Notes: a model not told the origin generated them from the letters alone. DNA of 64,000 bases from Octopus sinensis (GCF_006345805.1 NC_043011.1:66538464-66602463), one strand, 5' to 3'; numbered from the stretch's first letter, positions 1 through 12,419 are shown. A program made the numbers and translations.

Positions 1-41
1 TGAATTCAATAGAACTCACTTGAATCTTAATTGCTTTTACC

Positions 42-42
<1 letters not shown>

Positions 43-122
<80 letters not shown>

Positions 123-150
123 ATATATATATATATATATATATATATGC
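43..150. repeat. (TA)n microsatellite
   Basis: Directly visible; one of dozens of (TA)n tracts (others at ~3491-3547, 5500-5700, 6073-6150, 12250-12300, 12620-12770, 41548-41625, 49280-49335, 49970-50054, 63568-63623). Confidence 0.97.
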
Positions 151-454
151 ATGTATATATGTACATGTGTAACCCTTTATCATTCAGATTAAATTAGCAA
201 ATGTAATGGTTAGGTATCTACATTTTTTAAAATTAATTATGTAGTATCTTGTAGTTTCACGTCATTGTTTGGTTGAAATTACCGACATAAGACAACTTTA
301 ACAAGAAATAACTTCCAAAATACAGAATTTTCACAGCAACGCCAAGAGTAAAATATGTTTTATGTGACACATTCTACCAGTATACTAAGCTTGAAAGTGT
401 TGAAAATATTTTTAAAATTTGTCGGTCAAAAGGTAAAGATCCCTTGACTGATAC

Positions 455-581
455 GTAATCGACCCCGAAAGGATGAAATCAAAGTCGACTTTGGTATAAT
501 TTGAACTCAGTACGTAGCGACAGATAAAATACTGCATAGCATTTCGACCAGCATACTAACGGTTCTGTTAGCTCGTCACCT
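455..581 (-). mobile_element. tRNA-derived SINE, head and core
   Basis: Reverse strand reads GGTGACGAGCTAACAGAACCGTTAG (A-box-like) ... GAGTTCAAATT (B-box-like) ... CATCCTTTCGGGGTCGA; same family as the other copies listed. Confidence 0.8.
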
Positions 582-607
582 TAAATGGTTACAAATGTTT
601 CCACAAA

Positions 608-775
608 GTACAGGAATTTGGGGGACGAAGGTGAGTAGATTATATCAACCACAATGTTGAACTCGTACTTATATTATAAAATCTTATAGGATGAAAGGTA
701 AAAATCGATCTCGGTGGAAGTCAGAACATAGCGACGGGCGAAATACAGCTAAGAATTTCGTCCGCACGCTAACAA
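608..775 (-). mobile_element. tRNA-derived SINE, degraded, tail type A
   Basis: Similar to the other copies (ggatgaaaggtaaa...tcagaacatagcgacgg...gaaatac...atttcg), preceded on + by caggaatttggggg. Confidence 0.65.
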
Positions 776-780
776 TCTTT

Positions 781-934
781 TCTACTCGAGGCACAGGACC
801 TGAAATTTGGGGAGAGGGGCCAGGGGATTAGATCAACTACAGTACGCAACTATTACTTAATTTCTCGACGCCGAAAGTTGAAGGTCGAAGTCGACCTCGC
901 CGGAATTTGAACTCAGAACGTAGCGGCAGACGAA
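781..934 (-). mobile_element. tRNA-derived SINE, 5'-truncated, tail type A
   Basis: Core gtcgacctcgccggaatttgaactcagaacgtagcggcagacgaa with + strand tail tctactcgaggcacaggacctgaaatttgggg. Confidence 0.75.
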
Positions 935-940
935 GTACAT

Positions 941-1150
941 TATTTCTTTACTACCCATACGGGGCTACACACAGAGGGAACAAACAAGGACAGACAAACG
1001 GATTAATTCGATTACATCGACCCCAGTACTTAACAGGTACTTAACTTATCAACCCCGAAAGGATGAAAGGCAAAGTCAACTTCAGCTGAATTTGAACTCA
1101 GAACGTAGCGGCAGACGAAATACAGCAAAGCATTTCGCCCGGCGTGCAAA
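941..1150 (-). mobile_element. tRNA-derived SINE, tail type B (shared with Tx1 LINE 3' end)
   Basis: Core ccccgaaaggatgaaaggcaaagtc...tttgaactcagaacgtagcggcagacgaaatac; + strand tail tatttctttactacccatacggggctacacacagagggaacaaa. Confidence 0.85.
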
Positions 1151-1157
1151 CTTTTCT

Positions 1158-1275
1158 TATTTCTGTATTGCCCACGAGGGGTTAAACAAAGAGGGGACAA
1201 ATAAGGACAGAAAAAGGGATTAAGTTCATTATATCGACCTCGGTGCGTAACTGGTACTTATTTAATCAACCCCGA
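1158..1275 (-). mobile_element. tRNA-derived SINE, 3' half, tail type B
   Basis: tatttctgtattgcccacgaggggttaaacaaagaggggacaaa tail followed by atcgacctcggtgcgtaactggtactta core. Confidence 0.75.
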
Positions 1276-1560
1276 TTTCATGAATTACCTGCGGGAATCA
1301 GCTGAAGTCTATATAATTATCATATTCTACAGTTCAACTAGTTATTTTATAGGTTTACGATTTCTCTATCGTTAAAGTTTTAAAGAAAGTACGTGAACGT
1401 TGTTTGAGTCGGTTATGCTGTATTTTCTAGCCCTCTTAGTCTGTTACAAACCGTCAGGTAGTGTTCTTTAGTTAACTTAAACATGCATATATTTGCACAT
1501 TTTATTTTAAAAACTAAGTCTGGAAGGGTGAGAGATGAACAGATAAAGAGAAAAGACATA

Positions 1561-3042
1561 ATGCAAGAGCGGTTTGAATCTTTTTTTTAAATAAGCGCGA
1601 AAAAGTAATACAGTGCTATGCTTCGTCGTAAGAAGTTAAGTTTGATAGCAGAAGTAAAAATCCTTAAATAGCATACAAAAATGTACCACGAGGATGTTGG
1701 TTAAATAAATGTTATGATGTTCATGAAGTTCAATGAGTAGAAAAAAATAACTGTGCTGGTGACAGATCCAAAACAATATGTTGTCCTTTATTGTCCATGC
1801 GATGCATTGTTCGATATTTTATACGAAACGCATAAATCTACTGAACATGGTGGTAGAGACAGTATGCTAAAAGAACCTAATCGCCGATATAAAAGCATTA
1901 CTCAGGATCAAATAACGTTATTTCTAAGTATTTGTGAACAAAAAAGATATAAAGTGGCCATGCCTATGATATTTTATCATCTCAATTCAAGATGTCAAGT
2001 AGACCTTATACATTTTCAGTCTCAACCTGATGAAAACATTTATTCTAGTTAACCAAGACCACTAAACGAAGTTTCTAGTTTTAAGACGTCTTCAAAGAGA
2101 GTGGGCAGAAGAAGCCACCACGCCATTGCTCGATATATTTTTATTGCTTGGTGCTCCGTGTATTCTGCAGTCCGACACCGGCAGGGAATTCTGTAATAAA
2201 CTTATAGACAACTTCGAAATAACTTGGCTGGAGCTTATATGGCAAACCAAAAGGTAGCGTTGAGAGGGCCAACCAAGACATCGAAAATATGATATCAACT
2301 TGGATGCAAGAAACCAGTGTACTTCATGGAGTCCTGAGCTTAAATTTCGTGAAAAACAGTGCGTTTCCTTCTGAAATAAAGCGAAAGCCTTACGAGCTTA
2401 TGTTTGTCTGTGCTCGTACAGATAGACTGTCCACAATTCATATTCCAAGGGAAGTGGTTGAATCAGTGCAGGATGAAGAACAATTTGAAAATACTTTGAG
2501 TGTTATTACTGCATCCTCCAAACATGATGATGCCATTGCCGTTGAAGAAACGTCTCCGAAACAATTTGTGGTAGAGTGTGTTGTGTGATCAAAAAGTTGC
2601 AAGCACAACTAATTTTGCTCAAAATGTGAGCCGCCTATATTGCGTCACGCTCAGGAATCTGGTACTCAGAAGACAAAATTGTACAGAAGGACTGAGTTTG
2701 TGTTTAAATGAAATAAATAACGAGAAAGACAGCTAAAGAATGTGTGGAAACTCGGGCTAAGAAAATGAAATTAGTTTCTGAAAAATCTCATTCTGATGTA
2801 CCTGTAGGCATTACAGTTCGCATTCCTGTACCTGAACGGGAATATGGAGACGCTAGAACTATTTTAGCTGTCATCATGGAAAAAACAGCCATGGATTTTT
2901 TTTTCCGGTTAGGAGCAAGGAATGGCAGAGTCAAACATCTGTTCTCACCAACTCAGTTCAGTGTATGTGGGCAAAAATTAATTTCTAGTAAAGTAGTTCC
3001 GAATATTCTTTTCTACTCAAGACACAAAAACCGTAATTTCTG
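1561..3042 (+). pseudogene. Degraded Ginger2/TDD-type (KRBA2/SCAND3-like) integrase-family DNA transposase
   Basis: Across frameshifts: LFDILYETHKSTEHGGRDSMLKE (integrase Zn-binding), SRCQVDLIHFQSQPD, LLLGAPCILQSDTGREF (DDE core), ERANQDIENMISTW...KRKPYELMF, C-terminal VGITVRIPVPE...DARTILAVIME. Many stops and frameshifts. Confidence 0.8.
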
Positions 3043-3200
3043 AAGAGGGCCAGTCGATTACATCGACACCAGTGCGCAACTGGTACTTAACTTATCGACC
3101 CCGAAAGGATGAAAAGCGAAGTCGACTTCTGCGGAATTTGAACTCAGAACGTAAAGACCGACAAAAAGCCGCTAAGTATTTCGGCCCGGCGTGCGAAAGT
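3043..3200 (-). mobile_element. tRNA-derived SINE at the 3' end of the transposase relic
   Basis: gattacatcgacaccagtgcgcaactggtacttaacttatcgaccccgaaaggatgaaaagcgaagtcgac...tttgaactcagaacgt. Confidence 0.85.
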
Positions 3201-3488
3201 TTCTGTTCTCTTGCCGCTTTTTAAAATAAAATATATTGCAAAAGCTTTATCCAAAGTACTCTCTATATATATAAACATATACATTTACTTGCTTCAGTCA
3301 TTAGACTACCTCCTTGCTGAGACACTACCTTGAATTTTTTGTTGAATGGATCTACCGCAGTACTTACATTTTAAACCTAGAACTTATTGTATCAATCTCT
3401 TTCGCCGAACCAATAGTGTACACTGGTTCTCACATGGTAGTTATGGATGTCAAACATAGCCTGAAAGATACACACACGTAGATATAGA

Positions 3489-3548
<60 letters not shown>

Positions 3549-3899
3549 TTAGATGCTTAGATATGTTTTCGACCGACGTTGTCCCAGGTAATGCGTAATA
3601 TAATATCTACACTTATGTATATACATATATGAGACAGGCTTTTTTCGGTCTTCGTCTACCAAGTCTACGCAGTGCGCCGATAGATAGATAGATGTGTAGA
3701 GATGCATTTCTAAACCCGTACACAGTGTATCTGTCTGTGCTGAGTGCACTGTTGTCGTTGGGAATATACATGTATCCATCTGTTGTAATGATATGCATGC
3801 TAAAGAAGGAAATGGAAGCCCTAAGTACATGAAGAATGACAGATTGAAGAATGAAAATGAGTTTGTGTTCGCGTTCTTGACAAGAATATTAACAAGAAT

Positions 3900-4850
3900 T
3901 GCGTAAAGCGATATCGGTCAGGGTGATGCCGTGTACAGTGAACTGCAGAGAATCTATGGCATGCAACAAGCTATTAATTCGATGTTAATACGATTATAGT
4001 TCCCCTGCAATATCTTAGGGAATGGACTAAAGTTGTAGATATTATTTTAAAGGTGAAACGCAATTTGGAGAGTTGCAATCGAATCCTGAATCTTTCTGCT
4101 GAAGTGGAAAGAATCCGAAATTGCAGCGGCAAGAAACTGCATGTGATTCAGTTAAGTTCAGTTGATTTAGAAGAACCAAAAGGAAATATAAATCACGTAG
4201 AGTACGGTTATAATCAAAGAAGGCATTCTGTTTCTTGCGAAAGATGTGAGCGTTTTGATGGGGGCCAGACTGGTGTACCTGGCACGTTCATAGGAAATGA
4301 ACTGCAGATGTAGTATTGTCGTATTGCAAGTATGAGAAAAAGGAGACAGTTTGTGGTGGTGCCGAAATAGGGTTGAAGGTTGATGTGCAGTAGATGAGCG
4401 AATAATGGGAAACAGAGTGTTTTATACTGGACAATCAGTGGATCATGAATTCAGAAGGTTTGAAGATAATTGTCGCTGATACAGAGACGAAGAGAATGAG
4501 GAATTCCGGGCAAGCCATGGAATACTTCGTCTAGAAGTCTTCTTAAATGTTGACATCGAGGTATGAATAGATGCCGATGGGTAAATAGAAGATATCACTT
4601 GTGATTGTATCTGGTTCAGAAGACGCTCTTTTTCTCAACCTAACCGAAGAACAGATTATCATAACTTCGGTGCATTCTTGTGGTTACAGACCGAGTAGAG
4701 AACAGCTTTTAGCAGTTCCTCATGTGGTAGAATTGGGAGTGTGGCCTTAATTCTTAAAACATTATAGAACGAGAAAGAAGATACTCTGACAGCAGTTTTT
4801 TTTATAGGAATTCTATGCTCACTTGAGATTCTTAAGAATGGAAAACCAGC
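3900..4850 (-). mobile_element. Probable very old LINE remnant (AP-endonuclease region)
   Basis: Less AT-rich than its surroundings; only short broken peptides (PSASIH, SNLLNS*STDCP, PISAPP) recall Jockey/CR1-group endonucleases. Confidence 0.3.
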
Positions 4851-5315
4851 GTTGTCAAGACTGCTTATATTTGGGAGGAAGTATTAAGCTTTATACATAA
4901 CGAAGTTATATTTGAAGTCGTGATGACCTTCAAGTCATAACGATTTCAAATGTGATACACATAAATATGAACGTCTAATAAATCTATCGTATCTGAAATA
5001 TATGTATTCTTCAAAGCATTTCGCATTATACGATGTTTTAAAGATGACAAAGAAACAATCATTCCCGGTCAGGTATATTTATAAATATACGATCTGTCGA
5101 CAATTACAAACATATGTTGCCACATATATATCATTTTATAACAAGAGACACGAATAAGAGCCGTTATATCACCAGAGTATATGAGTTTAACAAAGAAAGC
5201 AACAATTATATTTTCTGTTCGTATCTGTTTTTTTTTTCATTTGAGGAAAGTAGCATATAGCAATGGTAATTCCCTATTTACAGTTTATTAAAATTAGTCA
5301 AATTTCCGTCTACGC

Positions 5316-5318
<3 letters not shown>

Positions 5319-5365
<47 letters not shown>
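5319..5365. repeat. (CT)n microsatellite
   Basis: Directly visible. Confidence 0.97.
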
Positions 5366-5370
<5 letters not shown>

Positions 5371-5507
5371 CTGTTTCGCTCCTTCACTCATTCTTCTTGT
5401 TTCTCTATATCGACCTGTTTATCTTTCTACACGTCGGACTGCTTATATATGAAACTATCTATCGCTTTATCTATATACGTAAATGGCTTGTAATACGTAC
5501 ATAAATA

Positions 5508-5542
<35 letters not shown>

Positions 5543-5553
5543 TATATTATATA

Positions 5554-5635
<82 letters not shown>

Positions 5636-6073
5636 GTATATATATATACATACATATACGCGTGTGTGTATGTATGTATATATATATAATATATATATAT
5701 ACACTTACATATTATGATCCTAAATGCGTGGACTGGAAAGCCTCAAGCGTTATTCTCTCCAACGGCACCAAGAGCACTTCATCAGCTGTGTGAGGTGGAA
5801 AATATTCTTTCTCCCAAATGATGTTGGCATCAACTTTAAGATACACCCAATGCTTGGACCCCGTACTCACTGCCCTCGACACAAATCACACACGTCGCAT
5901 CTCATAACAAAAATACGGCATAATTATTTCACCTCACTTGACCCCGATCTCTTTAATATTACACCAAAATTCCAAGACTACCTGAATTGGTGCACAAATA
6001 TTGTATATTGAGAAACAGGATGCAGTCGGAGAGTATTAATTTCTGATTGCCTCCTTTTTCTCATACATATTTG

Positions 6074-6148
<75 letters not shown>

Positions 6149-6159
<11 letters not shown>

Positions 6160-6346
6160 ATTCGAGACAAAACCACTATTTTAAAACCAAACAAGGAAAG
6201 ACTTAATCAATACATAAAATTTTAATATAAATTAAATAAAATAAATTTATTTATTTTATTTAATTTATATTAAAATTTTATGTATTGATTAAGTCTTTCC
6301 TTGTTTGGTTTTAAAATAGTGGTTTTGTCTCGAATTATATTATATA
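6149..6346. repeat. Perfect palindrome, ~97-bp arms with loop of 4 nt or less
   Basis: tatataatataattcgagacaaaaccactattttaaaaccaaacaaggaaagacttaatcaatacataaaattttaatataaattaaataaaataaa, then TTTA (6246-6249), then its exact reverse complement. Confidence 0.95.
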
Positions 6347-6452
6347 ATATTACTATAAAATTGGATTTAACCCTAAATCTGATTTTTCCCTGTAATTTTG
6401 GATTCATTCCCTAATATTTATTATTATATATATATATATATATATATATATC

Positions 6453-6496
<44 letters not shown>

Positions 6497-6499
<3 letters not shown>

Positions 6500-8750
6500 C
6501 TGACCATGTACGGACCAAAGGAAAGCATGGACATGCAGCCTACAAGAAACTCTCAGAATCTTTCCAGCTTGAACTTCCATAAGGCAAACTGGAAACAAAT
6601 TGAGAAGGAAATCCTCAAACAAAACCGGCCTGAATGTCTCTCCTCGCCGGACATCGACATGAAACTTCAACAATTCATGTCTTTAATGCAAGCCATATGC
6701 TACAAATGTGTCCCAGACAGAAAGGCCACTGTACACAAGAGACAAATCCCCAGAGAGAGGAAAATTCTTATGAGACGGCGTACAAAAGTTTCAAATCGCC
6801 TAAACAAACAAATTGAAAGCAGTGAAAAGTCCCGCCTGAAAATAAAACTGTTGGAAATCGAAAAATGTCTGCAACTCTCCCATGAGAAAAAAAGAGCAGA
6901 CAAAGAAGCCTGGGCTATAGACAACATAAAATCTAACCCCAGAGCTTTCGACAAGTATGCCAAAGAAACAGCTACGGTGCACTGTAGGATAGGGCCACTC
7001 CCTGAAAAGGATGGCACACTCACAGGAAATCCAATGAGGATAAGTGAAATACTAAATGAGCAATTCAAGAGTATTTTTACTCCACCCCTAGGGCATTTTC
7101 AAGTCAGCAATCAAACTGACTTCTTTACCACTGCAGGTATAAAATCAGAGGCAGCGATGACTGATTACATCAATATAAAGGAAGACGATGTAGTGAAGGC
7201 TATAGATGAAATGAAAACAAACTCAGCTACTGGACCCGATGGATTTCCAGCAAACCTTCTAAAATTATGTAAGAGAGTCCTAGGAAGACCACTGCAGTTC
7301 CTCTTTCAGAGCTTCCTTGCAACTGGCAAACTTCCAAGAAAACTGAAGGAAGGTAAAATATACCCTATTGATAAAGAAGGTAGCAGAGCGGAGGCCAAGA
7401 CTACAGACCGAGATCTCTGACCTCACACATCAGCAAGTTCATGCAACGAATAGTCAGAAGGAAACTAATCACCTTCCTCGAAGAAAATGACTTGCTGCCT
7501 GACAACCAATATGGTTTCCGACCAGGAAGAAGCTGCCTAACTCAGCTCCTACAACACTATGACTGGGTGCTGAAATGACTGCTCAACCACTCAAATGTGG
7601 AAGTCATATATCTCGACTTTGCAAAGGTATTTGATAAATCGATCATGGAATGATATGTCTCAAACTGCGTGATCTTGGCATAGTTGGAAAATCGTGAGAA
7701 TAGCCTCATGACTTTCTGAAGGATAGAAGTCAAGTGGTAGTAGCCAATTGGGCCACTGCCATTAACACGCAAATAGTGAGCGGTGTTCCGCAAGGCATTG
7801 TTTTGGGACCACTACTGTTCAGAATGGCCCTCTCAGACATGCCCTCAGCCACGCAGAAAGCCACGAGCACAAGTTATGCAGCTTATTCAAAAGTTTCACA
7901 GGCAATACAGAACCCTGAAGACACTAAGCACTTGCAATGTGAGCTGGACAAAATATACAAGTGAGCTGAAAAGAACAGCATGCAGTTCAATGCTGAAAAG
8001 TTTCAAGCTTTATGCTATCAGCATGCAAAACTAAATGCAATACCTAATAAATACACTGGACCTGGAGGGATTGCAGTCCCAGAGGCACAATCAGTGCGAG
8101 ACCTGGGTATTTACATGAGTCATGATGCAACCTTTCATGTGCATGTTGCTAAATTGGCAATGAAATGTAGGTGGCTGACCGGATAGATTCTTAGAACCTT
8201 TAGAACAAGAGACCAGGAAACCATGATGGTCCTCTGGAGGACACTTGTCCTAAGCCACTTTGACTATTGCTCTCAGCTATGGTCACCATCCAGCGTCAAG
8301 TTACTCACAGAACTTGAGGCGATCCAACGAAGCTACACGAAGAAGACAGCCTCTGTGCAGCATATAAGTTACTGGGAAAGACTCAAGAGATTAAAACTAT
8401 ATTCCTTAGAGTGTAGGCGAGAAAGACATGCCATAATATACATCTGGAAGATCCTAGAAGGACTTGTCCCAAATTTTGGCATCGAGAGTTACACAAATGC
8501 TAGAACTGGGCGCCACTGCATAGTGCCAAGGACTCCAAATTTGCCATCAAGATGTAGGACAAGATACTGTGATAGCATGGGCTTCAGAGGCCCACAGCTC
8601 TTCAATATCCTCCCGAAGGAGCTGAGAGACCTGCATGGGGTGGATGCAGATGTCTTTAAAATAAAACTGGATCTCTTCAGTCAGGTGTCCCAGATGAACC
8701 AACTTCACGGCAGGAGGTGCAGATGAGGGCAGCTGCATGAACTATCTCGT
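6497..8750 (+). mobile_element. 5'-truncated CR1-group LINE, ORF2 (end of endonuclease, RT, C-terminus), disrupted
   Basis: ATGPDGFP; YRPRSLTSHISK (after a frameshift near 7400); QYGFRPGRSCLTQLL; YLDFAKVFD; SGVPQGIVLGPLLF; YADD decayed to YAAY; RDLGI; FDYCSQLWSP; YWERLKRLKLYSLECRRER. In-frame stops present. Confidence 0.92.
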
Positions 8751-8822
8751 GCACTAAAACGGAATAGTAGATGTGGGATCTGCAGCAACCCCACCTACAA
8801 ATACATAGAGGGAAAGAGAGAG

Positions 8823-9160
8823 ATGAGATTTAAAAGTGGTTACGTATTCAAAGTAAATGCAGGTATGAACTGCAAGTCGCAGAACGTTATATACTGCATA
8901 ACCTGCCCCACGTGCAAGGAGAATTACGTAGGTGAAACTGGTAATTCTTTGAGCCAGCGAGCCAGGATTCACCGACAACATATTCGGCAGGAAGAAGTAC
9001 GCAAAATACCATTAAGTACACACTTAGCTACGTGTGGAGAAGGAAAATTTAATATCTTTCCCTTCTACAAATCTCCGAAGAACGACACCTCTTTCAGGAG
9101 GAATATGGAAAAATATTTCATAGCTAAGTTCTTCCCCCAAATTAAATGGCTGAAACTTTA
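8823..9160 (+). mobile_element. Penelope-like element, GIY-YIG endonuclease fragment
   Basis: Open frame NCKSQNVIYCITCPTCKENYVGETGNSLSQRARIHRQHI...HLATC...RRNMEKYFI: VIY/YVG motifs with CxxC, typical of the PLE endonuclease. Confidence 0.9.
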
Positions 9161-9164
9161 CTCA

Positions 9165-9534
9165 TCATATATTGAAGGACAAATCTTTCGATTTACAATA
9201 TAATATAGTAGAACATTTAATATGTGTGTATATATATAGATATATATATATATGTGTGTGTGTGTGTATATATATATTACCTGTTATATACATTATATTA
9301 TTTTTGTAATTTACTTTATCTTTACTTGCCAATATTCATTCTAATTTTAACTTTCCTATGATACGCAATTTTCAAGATGGTGTAATTTGATTGTTCATTT
9401 TGAATCGATAGAAGGTGTTTTTTTCTAATATTTCTTGTATAAGTATGTATATATATATAGTGACATTGAAGGACACATCTTTCGATTTACAATCTAATAT
9501 AGAAGAACATTTAGTATATGTCTGTATATGTATA

Positions 9535-9575
<41 letters not shown>

Positions 9576-9710
9576 CCTGTTATATATATTATATTATTTT
9601 TATAATTTACTTCACCTTTATCTTTTAATTGTCACTTTAATTTTAACTTTTCTATGATATACAATTTTCAAGACGGTGTAATTTAGTTGTTCATTTTGAA
9701 CCGATATTTC
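9165..9710 (+). repeat. Two diverged direct copies (~240 bp) of the sequence 3' of the PLE ORF
   Basis: attgaaggacaaatctttcgatttacaat...ttttcaagatggtgtaattt...ttcattttgaatcgata (~9171-9410) recurs at ~9465-9706. Confidence 0.8.
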
Positions 9711-12241
9711 ATGTATAAGCGTGTATATATGTATATACATATATTGGTATAAATATCAACACAATTTTTCCCCTTCGTCACTTATTTTTCTTTTTCTTTT
9801 TTCTTTTTTGGTCTCTCTCCCCTTCTCCAAACACACAGACACACGCACACGCACAAACACACGCACACACACACACACACACACCTCCACAAAACGATCA
9901 TGAAAAGTGTAAAGAATTTTTAACCCCAAAAAGCATTTGACCATTCTCACAATGATAAAAGGAAATATAATTTATGGCCTACCTCCCCGCCCCACACACT
10001 CAATGACACTGTGAAGTGGTTAAAGCTGAAATTCTTAGAACCCCCTTGGAGTCAATATTCTGTCCAGCAGACCAAAAATATTCTTTCCTTCTTCTTCCCT
10101 CTCCCTTCCCCTCTTTCTCTTTAGCACTCACCTCAGATACAACCCCCCACACACACACACATACACATACACATGCACACATGTTCTCTCTCTCACTTTC
10201 TCCTCATCCACCTCACCCCCTTGTACTGTCTTATATTCCTCCCCACCACTAAGAAACTCTATAAAATTATTAAAATTTCCCACAAAGGAACTTATTTTAA
10301 TTTGAAAACCCCACTAGAATGGGAGAAAGCGCTAATGATCTAAGTGATATGATATATATATATATATATATAATGTAATATATAAATAAATATCTGTGAA
10401 TATAAACCATCCGATCTTCTGATTACCTCATTTCTTCTAATATATATATATATATATAAATGCACATATGTATATATTTATACATATATATGTGTGTATA
10501 TATGCATGCATCTGCATGTGCATATATGCATATATATATAAATGCATATACATATAATACATATACATAAACACATATATATATATGTGTGTATATGTGT
10601 GTGTATACAATATATAGGAAGGTTCCGAGGGAATAATTCTAAGGTAGCTAAATGATGCATAAGTGTCCTAGAGAAAAATGGACACAATTGTGTGGGATTT
10701 GCATCCGGGGACAAGCAAGACGTATTTAGGAGAAAATAGGAAACATAGGCGAAAGTTGCAAACGCTCACGATGTTATTAAATCATTTATGTCCTGCTCCT
10801 TCCTCTGTTATTTATCAAATACCCAATTCTATCAAAATATCCATATGCCTCACCTTCATAAGTAACCACACTCTCACACATTTACATACACGCATACACA
10901 CACGCGCGCACATACACGTACATACTCGCCCGCATGCACACATTCACACAACATGCGCACACACACACACGCATACATGCATACACAAATGTGCACATGC
11001 ATGTACAAATAAATATATATATATAAATGTAAGACAGAAAATACAGAATACTTAGAAAACCTAATTTCTTAACTCGACAGTTGTTTCAGGAATCTTTGAT
11101 TTACCTACTAATTGTAAGATTTATAATTCGTTGAGAGAATATACAAAAGTCTTGCCTACGGCACAGCAATCAGTCATACAATGATATCACCATATATCCG
11201 ACTGTTTCGTCAACAACGGAACTGGCAAGATCCTGCATTCCCAGTGAACATAGGTCACACTTTTTGAATTAGAGACATGAAAATAACTTGGAGTATAAAC
11301 GTTTTGAATTTATTAGGAATATTGCAGGTGGAATTCACAAACCTTTAACGGTAATTGATTTAGAAACGTTTAATTATGACCAACAAATCTGAGTCTTTCA
11401 TTACTTTATCTGGCCGTATATGTAGTTTATTGCATAACGTTCTGTGATATGTACAGCATCAAGGTTTTAAAGTCGCTGGTCTGTCACACTACTTTTTGAC
11501 CACAGTTTTCTAAGCTAGATTTGTGTATACTGTAGATTTTTACTTTATAATAAGTAGTGAAATATATCTTGTTACGGCCTATGTTGTGGATAGCCGAGTT
11601 CCTGGTGCCTGTTATAGGTAGAATTCAATTTAAAGATTAGCAAACAAAGATCTAAATTGACATCGAAATCCACTGCTGACTGTTCAGCAATATCAACAAC
11701 TCCAACATAGAATGCGTGAAAATAGGTTTGCCGGAAGTGGCAAGAGACTAAGTCAACATTGCGCAGAACAATAAAATGAACCGTAAAGAAACTCACCGGA
11801 AACTGTACAGAAGCTATGCAGAAATTCAAGAAACTGATTCAAGAAAAACCTTAGAAAATTATAAATATAAAAGTTAATCTCATCGAAACAGTGGGAAAGA
11901 CAGCATTTATCGTTGTTTGTAAACAATCGAAAACAATAATAAAATCCAGGAAAAAGCTGGAATTACTCAAAAACAGAACTCATACAGGCCATTTCCATTG
12001 TCACATATTAAATCTGAATATATTATTTGGTTAACAACTGTTTCTACGACAATGAAATATCAGAATTTATATGTAATTTATATCTTATTATTATATAATT
12101 GCTAAATTTATACTTTCCATTTGTAAGTGTTACATTAATAACAATTATCTAATAATTATTTAATTGCATGATCGCTAGAAGTGCATTTCACGTTTTCAGG
12201 TGAAACATTTTATGCAGCATGAAAATCTTTGTGTAATGCAC

Positions 12242-12302
<61 letters not shown>

Positions 12303-12373
12303 GTATGTATAAATTCCACTATTTACATAATATGGAAGTCTCATTCATTCTTTTGTTGTCATATTATTGTTAT

Positions 12374-12419
<46 letters not shown>

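Noticed and set aside
455-581. tRNA gene (A-box/B-box-like motifs)
   Set aside because: No cloverleaf; the motifs are SINE heads followed by the SINE core and tail.
1753-2588. Functional KRBA2/SCAND3-like host gene
   Set aside because: Multiple stops and frameshifts, and no KRAB or SCAN domain.
4440-4600. Gypsy RT-like peptide LDEVFHGLPG on the minus strand
   Set aside because: No YxDD or other RT motif follows; other frames fit an endonuclease relic about as well, so the clade is left unresolved.
5471-5793. ORFs rich in YIYI/IYIY (also 12492-12775, 41382-41871, 49908-50168, 63494-63688)
   Set aside because: Translations of (TA)n microsatellites.
11090-12000. Possible host exons or TE coding remnant in moderately complex sequence
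   Set aside because: No recognisable peptide or convincing splice-bounded open frame by eye.
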